Source: Octopus bimaculoides (taxonomy: Eukaryota). Taken from it: 61,814 nucleotides of DNA. The DNA is taken from contig NC_068993.1 in NCBI RefSeq assembly GCF_001194135.2, positions 1,837,899-1,899,712 of the forward strand, written 5' to 3'. The notes beneath the pieces are model-generated. The model ran no database searches and was not told the DNA's origin. It was given only the letters and a program-made list of their open reading frames with translations. Made by a program: the position numbers and the translations under genes. Shown here in pieces: positions 37,837-51,079 of the stretch (its first letter is position 1; each line of letters opens with the position of its first letter).

Positions 37837-39164
37837 CATTATTATCATCATTATTATTGCACTGGCCAATGTTAACACTTCTAATATGTGGATAAGCGTT
37901 TCCTCACAACCAACAAATTAACGTGTATGAGGATGACTACAGAAACCGGTAAACTGGCACAGCGACAATTTGGAAACTGTTTTATAGTTGTTGTTATTGC
38001 CACACAAAACTTTGGTTACGTTTATATAAAACTTTAATCTCTTTTATGAAAGATTTCCCAACCTTTCTTTCCCTCAGTGGACAATTTGATGAACCAGACC
38101 AGATACAAATACATAGACATTGTTTGCTCAAAGCTATATCGCTTGGAAAAACAAACACATAGTTGTAAAGATTGAAAGGTGATATAAATCCAGCTTTATC
38201 ATACTTTGTATTTACTATGATGAAAGTAAACTTGTCAGTGAGGGGTAGATGCACTTCGTATATGGCAGTAAAGAACCAGTAAGAAAGGGGGAGTGGATAC
38301 TGAAAGAAACTGTACAATCATGAACCAGACCCATTTTCGGGTTCATGGGGTGTCACGTGATTGTGATGTCGAGTTTTTGCATTTTTGCTCGCATAAGAGT
38401 AGAAAACTACCTGTATACATACTTACCCACTTGTATAAAAATGAAAAAGATACACTTTACAGGACATCACCAACGAGCGAAAACTACGTAACCATACATC
38501 GAGAGACAAGTACGGGACCGCCTCGCGATATCCGTTTTTTCCTACTATTTTTTTTCTCTCCTATCTATTCTATATCCTTTCAAAATTTCTCCCAGGTGTT
38601 ACTTATTACAATTCATCTTGGCCTAATGGCCCTAAACGTCTGTCTTCGTCGATCGTTTACTTCCGTACGTCCACTCTGGTGTCGTTTATTCGTTCGAAGC
38701 CCTAACTCTCCACAAATTTAATATTTTTTAATTTCTGGATGCTGCCGTCTTATGAAGTCTTCCTGTCTTGTTGTTAAAAGCACGAAACTAATGATCTATG
38801 ATCTATGATATATATATATTGCGGATAATATGATGTCTAATGGTATAAGATGATAGGTACATCGCTACCTCCAACACTCACCTCTCAGCTCTTCAGCGCT
38901 ACAATTTCAGATTTTGTCCCCTTCACGTCATCGCATATAGTATCCCCTGCCCATACCCATATAAGTACACGCCACTTCTTTCTGTATATATTCTGATTGA
39001 TTGATTGATTGATAAAGCAAGCTATCTATTAATTAATTGGTTAATTGGCTAGCTAGTTGACGAATAATAATAACAAGTAAAATAGAACCAACGCGTGTGT
39101 TTCTTATTGGCAAAATAACCCTCCCTTAACACAACGACAAATAAAGTAATTTTTGTATAATAAT

Positions 39165-39224
39165 TCAGACGAAATCGAACTCCTGACCACATAGATTTAA
39201 ACATGTTGCTCTACCAACTCATGC
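39165..39224 (-). pseudogene. Partial tRNA-like relic or SINE head
   Basis: Minus strand gagttggtagagca...gtggtcaggagttcgatt carries A-box-like and B-box-like motifs; no acceptor stem. Confidence 0.3.
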
Positions 39225-39788
39225 TTTATAATTCTATTATAAAAACAGAAACATACATTGAAATCGTAAAACTGAGTTTATGCTGAGAAGATTTTGGCAT
39301 TTGGTCATGCAGGAAAGAATTGGTAATTTAGTGAAGCTATTAAGGAAGGCAAGCGATTTGCAAAGACAAGAAACTACTGAATTGCTGCTGGAGAGATCGA
39401 GAATGATTCTCAGTCAACCATGAAAGCTTTGGATTGCAAATTGAAACATGAAATATAGTAGACAAGCAAACACATACACACACGCACACGCACACACGCG
39501 CACACACACACGGGCACACACACACACATACATAAATATTTGCACACGTACTTACATTCACGAACACTCGTATCCGTTTATATATATATGCGTACATACA
39601 TACATATTTATACATATACACACACATTTATGTAGGTATATAATATAAGGATAATCACACAAAATTAGTCACCCAGAAACTCCCGCAAACACACTCCGAC
39701 TTGCGCATACACAGATACTATCTTATATATACATATACATATACATACATACATACATACATACATACATACATACATACATACATAC

Positions 39789-39824
<36 letters not shown>

Positions 39825-40125
39825 NNNNNNNNNNNNNNNNNNNNNNNNNNNNNNNNNNNNNNNNNNNNNNNNNNNNNNNNNNNNNNNNNNNNNNNNNNNN
39901 NNNNNNNNNNNNNNNNNNNNNNNNNNNNNNNNNNNNNNNNNNNNNNNNNNNNNNNNNNNNNNNNNNNNNNNNNNNNNNNNNNNNNNNNNNNNNNNNNNNN
40001 NNNNNNNNNNNNNNNNNNNNNNNNNNNNNNNNNNNNNNNNNNNNNNNNNNNNNNNNNNNNNNNNNNNNNNNNNNNNNNNNNNNNNNNNNNNNNNNNNNNN
40101 NNNNNNNNNNNNNNNNNNNNNNNNN

Positions 40126-40228
<103 letters not shown>

Positions 40229-40229
40229 G

Positions 40230-40261
<32 letters not shown>

Positions 40262-40679
40262 ACGACCATCATAATGTATTTTTATTTACAGGACGTGCTG
40301 CAGTTGGTGTTGCTGACCTCACCACCACCGCCGATGCTAGTTTTGTCACTGTTGCTGTTACCGCCGGATACGCTGATGGTGCCGCCGTTGTTGTTGCTGT
40401 TGCCATCGGTGCCGCTCCTGCTGGACATCGCCGCAGCTCCATAAACAACAGCTTCGGAGTTGCGTCCACCGCCCTCCCCTGCCCCTTCACAACAACTCGA
40501 CCCAACCAGTTAGAGATATATATAGCAATAGCGTAAAATCTATTTGCTGATGTGAAAAAGAGTCGCACAAGGAAAACAAAATTCAAATTTTCTGATTGAA
40601 GAAGCTTAATAATGTAAGCCTTATCGATATCCCATGTTTAATGCATGCGCGATAGTAAATACTACAATGCTGCTGTGTT

Positions 40680-41110
40680 TTGTCCAGGGAAGGCCATGTA
40701 CATGACTGTGTATTAAGACTGATTAAAAACAGAGATGATTGCAGCATTCATTGCACTATAGCACAAACGGTTAGATATGCACTGTTGTCGGGAATTAAAA
40801 CGTTGGTTTTCTAAATATTTATGATAGTTTCAGGCTCGCATCAAGAACAACATGTGATGTATCTACGGATCACAGGCAACAAAATGTGCCTCAGAGAAGT
40901 GGTTTAAAGTCTCTGATTTAAAGAGTAAAATTTAGGGGTAGAGAGCCATACATTGAGATTTGAAACATAACTACTTTTGGGGTCAAGCATTTGAGTTGAG
41001 TCACTTATTTTGAATTTTGAATTTATGAAGGATCGCATTAATAGAGGTGGTAAGAGTTCAAGGAATGTTGTAAGGGTGCGAGTTGGCAAAGCTCACAGAA
41101 TTAAGGTGAT
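40680..41110 (+). mobile_element. RTE-clade LINE ORF2 relic
   Basis: GRPC..., SIHCTIAQTVRYALLSGIK and DRINRGGKSSRNVVRVRVG versus recalled mollusc RTE motifs G.WPC..C, SIRCT.C..W.H.RCSGIK and D.ISSGGGC.ESV.ARVR.GW. Confidence 0.5.
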
Positions 41111-41295
41111 GGGTTTGGATAAGTATTTCTAAGTTACAGGGAATTGAGGAATCTTACAGATTTTTAGGAGTGACGCTTTGAGGGAAAATATTTATTTTCA
41201 GCTGCGAGAGAAAGAAAAGGAAGAGTGATAGAGAGAGTGAATGCGTGAATGAGAGATAGAGATAGGGAGAAGGGAGAGAAGTAGTGAGAAGGAAA

Positions 41296-41338
<43 letters not shown>

Positions 41339-43565
41339 GAGAGAGAGAGAGAGGAATTGCATTTTATATAAAGGCAATAAAAAAACTGATAAAATAAAGA
41401 ATGAGGTATTGGTAAAATAAAGGTGAAGATAAAGGGGTCTGAGACTGAAAGAAGCGAGGTAAAGTGAAAGAAAAAGGTGAAACTATGAAGCAGTAACGGT
41501 ATGGAATAAAAGAAAAATGTATATAGAGGAATGAGAAGAAAAATATTTGATGAACGAAAATGAAAGAAAGATGAGGAGCAGTGCAAAGATAAAAGCCTGA
41601 GAAATATATAGAAGGGAAAAACGTAACGAGTTGCGTATTGAGAAATGTTAGCGAAGAAATCTGTCGGAATTAAAATCTAGTTGAGATAATGGATGCATGA
41701 TATTGCTGCAGGTTTCTTATTAGTGATATACTAACGGCAAATATAAGGTAGGCCTTTAAAAGCTACAGAATATATCAGTTAAAAGGCTTAAGGGGGAGGG
41801 GGGAAGATCTAAAAGAAGAAAGCAAAAGGATGATATATATTGGAGATAGCTCTCCGCTAATGGCCTTGAAACATGAATATTTGTTCAAATATATGTATGT
41901 ACATATATATATATATATTAAAATATGGATGCTTGTATAATTGTGCGCGAACATGTATGTGAGTCGATCATGGATATATATATATATATTATATTTATTA
42001 TAGGTATGAGTGAATAATTGTGCGCGTGTACGCATATGTGGAAATATATGTGTATGTATACAAAAACACACGTATATATATACATGCATGTACATACACA
42101 TGTACATATGTACATGAGTGTACATCCGTATATTTCCACATGAATATGTATCTACATGTGTACATGTTCTATAGATAAATGTGTGTAATGATATTTTGAT
42201 ATATACGTATAAATATAATACTATATGTATATTTTTAATTGTATATATTTTTAGTTGTAACGTACAGACACCTATACATAGGTACATGCATGCACAGTGC
42301 ATACATAAATGCATACATGCATATATANNNNNNNNNNNNNNNNNNNNNNNNNNNNNNNNNNNNNNNNNNNNNNNNNNNNNNNNNNNNNNNNNNNNNNNNN
42401 NNNNNNNNNNNNNNNNNNNNNNNNNNNNNNNNNNNNNNNNNNNNNNNNNNNNNNNNNNNNNNNNNNNNNNNNNNNNNNNNNNNNNNNNNNNNNNNNNNNN
42501 NNNNNNNNNNNNNNNNNNNNNNNNNNNNNNNNNNNNNNNNNNNNNNNNNNNNNNNNNNNNNNNNNNNNNNNNNNNNNNNNNNNNNNNNNNNNNNNNNNNN
42601 NNNNNNNNNNNNNNNNNNNNNNNNNNNNNNNNNNNNNNNNNNNNNNNNNNNNNNNNNNNNNNNNNNNNNNNNNNNNNNNNNNNNNNNNNNNNNNNNNNNN
42701 NNNNNNNNNNNNNNNNNNNNNNNNNNNNNNNNNNNNNNNNNNNNNNNNNNNNNNNNNNNNNNNNNNNNNNNNNNNNNNNNNNNNNNNNNNNNNNNNNNNN
42801 NNNNNNNNNNNNNNNNNNNNNNNNNNNNNNNNNNNNNNNNNNNNNNNNNNNNNNNNNNNNNNNNNNNNNNNNNNNNNNNNNNNNNNNNNNNNNNNNNNNN
42901 NNNNNNNNNNNNNNNNNNNNNNNNNNNNNNNNNNNNNNNNNNNNNNNNNNNNNNNNNNNNNNNNNNNNNNNNNNNNNNNNNNNNNNNNNNNNNNNNNNNN
43001 NNNNNNNNNNNNNNNNNNNNNNNNNNNNNNNNNNNNNNNNNNNNNNNNNNNNNNNNNNNNNNNNNNNNNNNNNNNNNNNNNNNNNNNNNNNNNNNNNNNN
43101 NNNNNNNNNNNNNNNNNNNNNNNNNNNNNNNNNNNNNNNNNNNNNNNNNNNNNNNNNNNNNNNNNNNNNNNNNNNNNNNNNNNNNNNNNNNNNNNNNNNN
43201 NNNNNNNNTATATATATATATATATATATATGTATATGTATACACACACGCACGCACACGCACGCACACACACACACACATATATATATGAAGAAATGCA
43301 AATGAACGTGATATCATTTATTGAACTCTTAATAGTTTCTGTTAGTCATTTAGTCTCTCTCCCTCTCTGTTTATCTGTCTGTCTGTGTGTCCGTCTGTCC
43401 TATATATCTATATATCATTTTCTTTTATTATTTATCCCTTACCATCTCTTCTCGCTTTCTTCTACTCACTCATACACACAGATGTGTGAGTGTGTGTGTG
43501 TAATGCTATTAGGACAGATTTAGATAATATTTATATTTGTAAATATATATATATATGTGCATATA

Positions 43566-43640
<75 letters not shown>

Positions 43641-43948
43641 ATATGGTAGCATCGCAAAAGAGGAAGTCATGTCGTTGGGGAAATCTATTTGCTTTATTAT
43701 TTTTTTCACCTGATTCCCGAACAAGCATATACACATACAGATAGAACCCTGCGCGCGCATACTCACCTACACACACACATAAACACACAAACACACACAC
43801 ACTCACATACATGTATGTAAATGTGTGCATTATGTATGTATGTCTTGTTATGTGTAGATAAGTACCTATATGTATACATATGCGTATATGTAAGTGCATT
43901 TATATATACGCGCATATATGCGTAAATATCAGTTTATATATGCACATG

Positions 43949-43981
<33 letters not shown>

Positions 43982-43984
43982 TAT

Positions 43985-44104
43985 GCTTCCCAACCACATG
44001 GTTCCAGGCTCAGTCCCACTGCGGGCAAGTATCTTCTACTATAGCTGTCCAAAGCCTTGTGAGTGGATTTGGTAGACGGAAACTGAAAGAAGCCCTTCGT
44101 ATAT
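43985..44104 (+). mobile_element. Family B SINE 5' half with internal deletions
   Basis: ccaaccacatggttccaggctcagtcccactgcg...ccaaagccttgtgagtggatttggtagacggaaactgaaagaagccc. Confidence 0.85.
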
Positions 44105-44850
44105 AGATCGCTAACCACTAAACCTTTTTCTATTTCCTCTCCCTGTTAAAAAAAAAAAAACAACAACCTTAGAAATCGAAACAATGTAAGAAACGAGAAA
44201 ACAAACCAATCCATTTCTGATAAACAAAAAAGAAACAAGCAGACAAAAGCCAAACGAAGCCAGAAATAATTAAAACTTGTGTAAAACAAAATGACACAAA
44301 TATCAGGTTTAATACTGGAGTAAATGTTAAACCGCTGAAAATATAGAGTTGTGTAACGTTTCAGGTAGAACTCTCCATAAATATATCTTCTGATTGGTGG
44401 GTCATATAGCTGTGTGCATCATAGTCACATGTGCTGTGGATGGCACGACACGTTAGGCTCAATATGCAGTTCTGTATGGTTTCGTTGACCTGTGATGATT
44501 TTTTAAAAATGTATGGTTGTTGTCCGAAACAAATTATATGTTTTATGTATTGTGTGGCTGTATTTATTTATTTAAGGTGTGGTTATGTTGATCTAAATGC
44601 GAAGTATGATGTGTTTGTATGGTTGTGTTTTATTCTGTGATAATTTGAGAGAAGGCCATGTGGTTGTGCTTGACTGTACTATATTTACGTGGTGTAGTGT
44701 GCTCTTGTTGGCCTTAACACATGCTATTGTGTTGCTGTGTTTGCTTGTGAGACGTTTGCGGGATATCGTATAATTGTATTGACCTGGATGTATGTGGTGT
44801 TGTGCTGTTCTGTTTGCCTCTGCTACGTTTACATGGCGTGGTGTGTGTGC

Positions 44851-44853
<3 letters not shown>

Positions 44854-44938
<85 letters not shown>

Positions 44939-44950
44939 GTGTGTGTGTGT
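44854..44950. repeat. (GT)n microsatellite
   Basis: Direct reading. Confidence 0.97.
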
Positions 44951-45169
44951 GCTTATATACTGGTTTCGTTTTTCATAGTTAAGATGAGTTTACTCTTTGT
45001 TCTTGTGGCGGAGAATAATCGTATTAAAATCTGCTACCAAATTTCTGTTACTAAGAATTTATTGAACAATTATTATCTAAACTATTTACATATATCTGAA
45101 AGCGTTGGTTAAATTATTCAAGATAAGTAGCACACAATTTAGTTTATTGTATAAGTCTATAAGTATCTA

Positions 45170-46450
45170 AAGAACTTTCCTAAACAGTTACCATTCTCGG
45201 CAGCATCACAGCGAAATTTCATTGATCAGACAGATTTCCCCTCTCAATTGACTCTAAGTGCTACTCAAGAACTGACTTGGTAAATAATCTCAAGATAGCA
45301 GACATTTATTTCTATTTAATGAAGAAACATCGACTATATTTCTCAATGATGTGTCTGTTTTACTTATAACTCTACCTAAAACATTGGCTATTTACTCGAA
45401 ATGGAACCTAGAGAAGAGAAAGGAAAAAAAAAACGGTAGCAATTATGTGAAATCCTCTTGAAAAATCGTAATTCAGTTATCATGTTATGTCCACTCGAGT
45501 AGCAGGTAGGAAGTAAGAGACTCGCCAAATTAAATAACTTGCTTAAAAGAAGTCATTGTTATAATTTCTTGTCACAAGAGCAAACTAAGCTGACAAGCCC
45601 TATATATCACATGAAACCTCTGCTCTGCTTCACTAGAGTCTGTAGCACTTCAAAAGAGCTTTAATCCTATTGTTTAATCATTGAACAACTCAATAATCTA
45701 GTTAATAATTCAGATGACACAAGTGTGTCTGAAAGTGGGCAGATTAGAACACTAGATCTCAAAGGACACGATTGTCAAGTCGTATTGATTAGATTGGAAT
45801 TTAGCCAAAAATAACTTGGATTTTGTTTTCAAGCGAAGCAAACTTCTGTGAAATGTTTTCTGTTGAGATTTCACAATAAAGAGGTTTCCGTATTTACTAA
45901 AGCCGTAATTTTCTCAATATGTAAATTAATTGACGAACAAATCTCAAAATGTTAAGCTGATAATTCCCATTTAAATACATCGATTATAATTGATTGGAAA
46001 AATATAAAAATAATGTATATAAATTTCCTATAATAATCTCAAAAGCTTCGACCAAAAGATGGTAAGGTGGGAAATATCAGCATCGAGAATACAGAGTTTG
46101 TTAGTAATTGTGGCAAATCCGAGCTTCCATAGTTTAACAAACTCAAAACAATTCAAACAATAGCGTTGGGCTGCATATACGTTTTTCGTTTTGTTTCCTC
46201 TTGACTGCGAAATTAGATTTTTCTGCCAAAACTGTTCTTTTCCAGGTTATTGCTGAATGGTGAAGGATTACTTTTATTTGCCAAGAGACGTGTTTTCTCT
46301 GAAATCTAGATACGTATGATTTTTGCTATGAATTTCAATTATGCCTTCGACAACTTATCTAACATAGTAATGGAATAATACATCCGATGTAGAGCGAGTA
46401 TCTCAGCCATTATATTACTGTTGTATGTTTATATTTCGTGTCACGCAAAT
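45170..46450 (+). mobile_element. Very old L2/CR1-group RT relic
   Basis: Ordered remnants HSEISLI..SIDSKCYS, NFLSQEQ, LQKS..LLFN, SDDTSV, DW..AKNNL..KRSK, ISIENTEFVS versus HSTETAL..SID.K.YS, SYLS.R.Q, PQGS.LGPLLF, FADDT, DWF..N.L....KTK, I.I....I..V. Confidence 0.4.
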
Positions 46451-46742
46451 ATTGGAGTTACTTCCAATATTTTAAATAGAACCCGCAGAAGTATTATCTC
46501 ACTACTTCTGTGCAGTTACTGACTATTTAGGATTAACCCGAAGCTGAAAAGAACCAGGATTAACCCTAAGCAGCGGTAACAAAATTGTTGCCTCAGGCGC
46601 TAGTCAGTGGCATCGAAACCGGGACGTTGTGAAGTAAAATTCGCAACCATTTGTCCATGCTGCATCCATTAGTGTGAGGCTTGAGAAAAATATTTCAAGT
46701 GAGAGATGTGAATCACTAAATAATATTTAAATACAAGCATAA

Positions 46743-46976
46743 GGCGGCGAGCTGGCAGAGTGGTTAGCACGCCGGGCGAAATGCTTAGCGGTATTTCGTC
46801 TGCCACTGCGTTCTGAGTTCAAATTCCGCCGAGGTCGACTTTGCCTTTCATCCTTTCGGGGTCGATAAATTAAGTACCAGTTACGCACTGGGGTCGATAT
46901 AATCGACTTAATCCGTTTGTCTGTCCTTGTTTGTCCCCTCTGTGTGTAGCCCCTTGTGGGCAGTAAAGAAATAGGT
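46743..46976 (+). mobile_element. Young, intact family A SINE
   Basis: A-box tggcagagtgg (46753-46763), B-box gagttcaaattcc (46815-46827), core gaggtcgactttgcctttcatcctttcggggtcgataaattaagtaccag, tail ending gtaaagaaata. CpGs retained. Confidence 0.95.
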
Positions 46977-47140
46977 ACTTCGTCCGTCTTCACGTTCTGA
47001 GTTCAAATTCCGCCGATATCGACTTTGCCTTTCATCCTTTCAGGGGTCGATAAAATAAGTAATAGTCGCGTACTTGGATCGATGTAATCGACTTGCAACC
47101 TCTCCTGAAATTGCGGGCCTTGTGCCAAGATTTGGAAGCA
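46977..47140 (+). mobile_element. Second, head-less family A SINE with a different 3' tail
   Basis: Repeats the body from ttcgtc onward and ends cctgaaattgcgggccttgtgccaagatttgg. Confidence 0.9.
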
Positions 47141-47479
47141 ACATAAATATATAATGAGAGTGAGAAGTATCAATGATCACAACTAGTCATGTACTTAATC
47201 CGAAAACACAAGGATCCAGAGAAAGTTCCGCTAAAAGAATTACGTCCCACGTTTCAACAACTCGACCATTTCTCTGCCTCAGTTATTCCCTTTCATTCTA
47301 AAAGCAAAACATGACACATACTTTGAATAATGTACTCCCAGATGTACCACGTCTGTGCAAAAGACAGAATGGTCCCAGCTGGACGAAGACTGACCTGGAG
47401 GTTAAACCACCACTATCACCACCACCGTCTCAACCACCAGAGTGACAATAACAGCAACGTGAGAGAGTGACTCCATAAC

Positions 47480-48060
47480 TAGGGTCATATGAAACATGTT
47501 GGAGAGAGGAGATGACGCAGCAGAAATCGAAGGAACTTTGAATAACTTTCTACACTTGTTGATGAATAAAATAGATTGGAAAAAATTTTTTCTGGACAAC
47601 TATTTATGATACATTTCCACAAATCTTGCTGAAATTAGTGTTTCTGGAGTCCAAAATGATTGTGCTATTTCTGTAGTTGATGTGAACTTGCTAATTCTAG
47701 AAGCAATCTCAGCCCATTAGCAATCTATCATTTTATGACATTTCCCAAGACAAGATTCCTGACTTTGACACTATCACTTTAACCTCGGGGATATCTAAAT
47801 CTATGATCTCTAAATCATATTTGAAGTCATTCTCTTATCTATGCCTGTCTGTCAAGAACTTCTAAGATCAAGTAGCTTTCACAGACAAATTCTAGTCATC
47901 TTTTTACCATTAGCAATGTATACATTTCTTCCAGTCAATATTAGATTCTGAATTTTAGTATCAATTTCCTTTTTCTGTTTTTAACTCAACCGTCCAGAAT
48001 TGCCAGGCATCAACTTAGCCGTCTTCTAATAAAACTTTCAACGAAGAGCGCCTCTGGTGA
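47480..48060 (+). mobile_element. Possible CR1-type ORF2 relic (region before RT)
   Basis: NNFLHLLMNKIDWKK, PLAM..FQSILDS and PELPGINLA weakly echo the EN-RT linker, PL..IF..SL.SG and P.NYRPISL. Confidence 0.25.
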
Positions 48061-48685
48061 GTGTTGAATCTAGTTGTTGTTTTGTACTAAATCTTTCAAT
48101 ATGAATGCTGATTCTGTGCTAGATAAGGAAATGCAGACTTTATACTGAAAATTATTCCGCTGTCGATGAAAATCAGGAAACCAATCTACTCCGTATTTTT
48201 GAGATATACATTTTACGAACGCATATTAAATACTACTAACGTAGCAGATGTGTAATTCCTTATAACCACAGAACAACGATAAATCAGTGAAATTGTGTGC
48301 ATTTGCACACACACACACACACACATTCATTTATATATATATGTTTATGTGTGTTTATATACATATGCAAACATACATATATGTATATATACATATATTT
48401 GTTTATGCGAAATGGTGCATTTGCAATTAATATTTCGTAATGGTAATTCTACGAATAATAAAAAAAACCCTAAAAAGAACTCAACACTTGAAGTAAAATA
48501 AAGTAGAATATATCTAAAATATATTTGTTCAATAATTTCAGCTTACAGTATTCTGTTACTCGGAGCTTTACGCATATGACGACCATGGAGACGCAGACGT
48601 TTAATGCCTTACTAAATGTGAATATGTTTACTGTATTACTCATCATTCAAATATATCTACATTGTGTCATCTACTTTGTCATCAC

Positions 48686-48840
48686 CCTGCTAGATATAGC
48701 AGCCAAATCTCTCCCAAATCACTTTGTTAACTTCTTGAATAATACTATAAAGCTACACACGAGTAATGGAGTCTTACATATAATTCTTAAGAGGCGGAAT
48801 AGTCACGGCTATATTGCCTTTTTTATCGATTGGTCAAGGA
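48686..48840 (+). mobile_element. Family D repeat, decayed
   Basis: gatatagcagccaaatctctcccaaatcac...ggaatagtcacggct. Confidence 0.4.
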
Positions 48841-49610
48841 GAGAAAGGTAACACCCACAATTCTATATTTAAATTTTTTTCAGGTGGAAGCAAGGGAGGA
48901 AATTATCACCAAAAGGTACACCTAGCCGAAGTCCTTGCTGTAGAATGTGCTTGTCTGAAGGTACTCAAAAAGCGGGTTGTGGTACTGAACCGGTGGGTGA
49001 CGAATAAAGTTTCTCACCTAAGATCCCAAAACACAGGGTTCGAGTAAATACCTGCCGAATATATCACCTAAAGCTCTGACACTTCCGTTAATCAACTTCC
49101 GCCGGCTGGAATCTTATATAATCCTCCCCAAAAGGTTGAAATGCAAAACTGATCTGAGCAGGATTTATTCTTAAAGTATTGAAACTTGGAGCAAATACCT
49201 TCAGGCGTTTTGTTCTTCGCTCTAACGATACTGCTAGTTGATAGAAAACTAAGAAAAAACATTTATAGACTTCTCCATTTCTATCAGATATAATTTATTT
49301 TATTCCATCTTAACAAAATCCTTTCTGTAAAACACACTTGCACCTGACATAACCATCAGTCTCCTTTCCCCGCACCTTCCTCGCACATCTAATCCCTCTC
49401 CTTCTACACACTCTAAGCGTTCCTGTTGTTTTTCTTACTTATATTTTCCTGTAACACAGCACTTCGTTTCTCACACATAAATACATATTACATGATCTTC
49501 TCTTTACATTAAGATGGGATTGCGTTACCTCAAACTCTGATAGCATTTCCTCAAATGTATTCTTAGTATTGCATTATCTACGCGATATTATATTTCTTGC
49601 TTGTCTTCTG

Positions 49611-49660
<50 letters not shown>

Positions 49661-50295
49661 TAAATGTGTGTGTACGTATACATATATTTGAATGCTTGAC
49701 AAGAAACTTCCAGTAATGAAATACTTGTCAAATTGTCAAATTTAACCCTTATATTGTAATAAACGTAAGTACAGAATGAGTGGATTTCTAAATAAATTTA
49801 GATATGTATGTTTAACAATATACATTTCGAGTCAATGTGTAGAGGTTCTGCCAAAGCTAGGTGAAGATAGGTGTAATGAGGAGGCATATGGCTAGGACTC
49901 CAGCAAGAAGCAGAAACATGATGTTCTGTTCGTTGGTAGTTCTTTTTTAAAATTCTATCCATGAGGGAAGATATAGTATATTTGTGCCACTGGCACGGGG
50001 GAGGCAGTCAACTAATTAATTATTTCGGAAACTGGGACAAGGTCTAAAGCACCGTGCCTCCTTTTATTAATTAAAGTACATCAACTACAGAACATGAGAG
50101 ATAACATAATCAAACTTACGGTATAAGTATTCTAACACTAAATCGTATTAAAATTTTTCATTCAAGTAGAAATTCTAAAACGTTTTCTCAGCTCGTGATG
50201 GTCTCTGCTCTACATAAGATAGTTGACCATCTCCCCGTAAAGGAGTTGACGCTTATACATCACCAGAGCTTCTCCAGTAATAACTAATGGTATTT

Positions 50296-50327
<32 letters not shown>

Positions 50328-50425
50328 ACTTTTTATATAAATATCTTTCATTTTTATACTTTTTCAGTCATTGGACTGCGCTGTATTCAAACACCAGATT
50401 TGGTTATGATTGCCTCCAGTCACAT

Positions 50426-50480
<55 letters not shown>

Positions 50481-50615
50481 GCTACTACTTTTATGACAGA
50501 GGTCGACTTACGCTTTCATCCTTTTGGTTTGGTGCAGCTGGCCTTACATACGGACACCCTTTCTACTTCAAACCCTTCAGGCGGGAAATTAAAATTCAAT
50601 CAAGCGTACTAAACG

Positions 50616-50658
50616 GAGAAGAGTTACGTACCCTGATCATAAGTTTGTAACTCTTCTC
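50616..50658. repeat. Perfect 12-bp inverted repeat with 19-nt spacer
   Basis: gagaagagttac (50616-50627) / gtaactcttctc (50647-50658). Confidence 0.9.
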
Positions 50659-51036
50659 GTAACTAAAGAAAGAATTGACATCATAACATTGTATACAATT
50701 GAACGCCATCTTTCTCTTACAACTAACTGTGTCTTACCGACTTTAATGAAATATCTTATTGTCAGCGAGCTTACATTTCCAAGTTTACTAAACTGAAGTA
50801 CTTAAGAGACTTGTAACTAGCATAATAGCCATTATGTACAAGTATTTTAATTGGAAATCATAACCCATTGCATGGCAACTGTTCATTACGTGGATTGAAA
50901 TAAATTGAAGCGAAAAGCAAAACATAAGAAACAATAACAAAACAAAACAAAAAACTTAATTGTTTCAAATTATTTTCCAATCCATGAAATTTTGATTGCG
51001 GTTGTAATTGTAAATTAACGCAAGAATGAAGTGATT

Positions 51037-51079
51037 TTAGGGTTAGAGTCAGGGTTAGGGTTAATATATTTTAGGGTTA
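51037..51079 (+). repeat. Short degenerate (TTAGGG)n-like tract
   Basis: ttaggg ttagag tcaggg ttaggg ttaatatatt ttaggg tta. Confidence 0.7.

Noticed and set aside
40290-40530. GC-richer open frame after a good acceptor (GRAAVGVADL...)
   Set aside because: Degenerate GNN trinucleotide low-complexity tract continuous with a (CAT)n array; no donor or homology.
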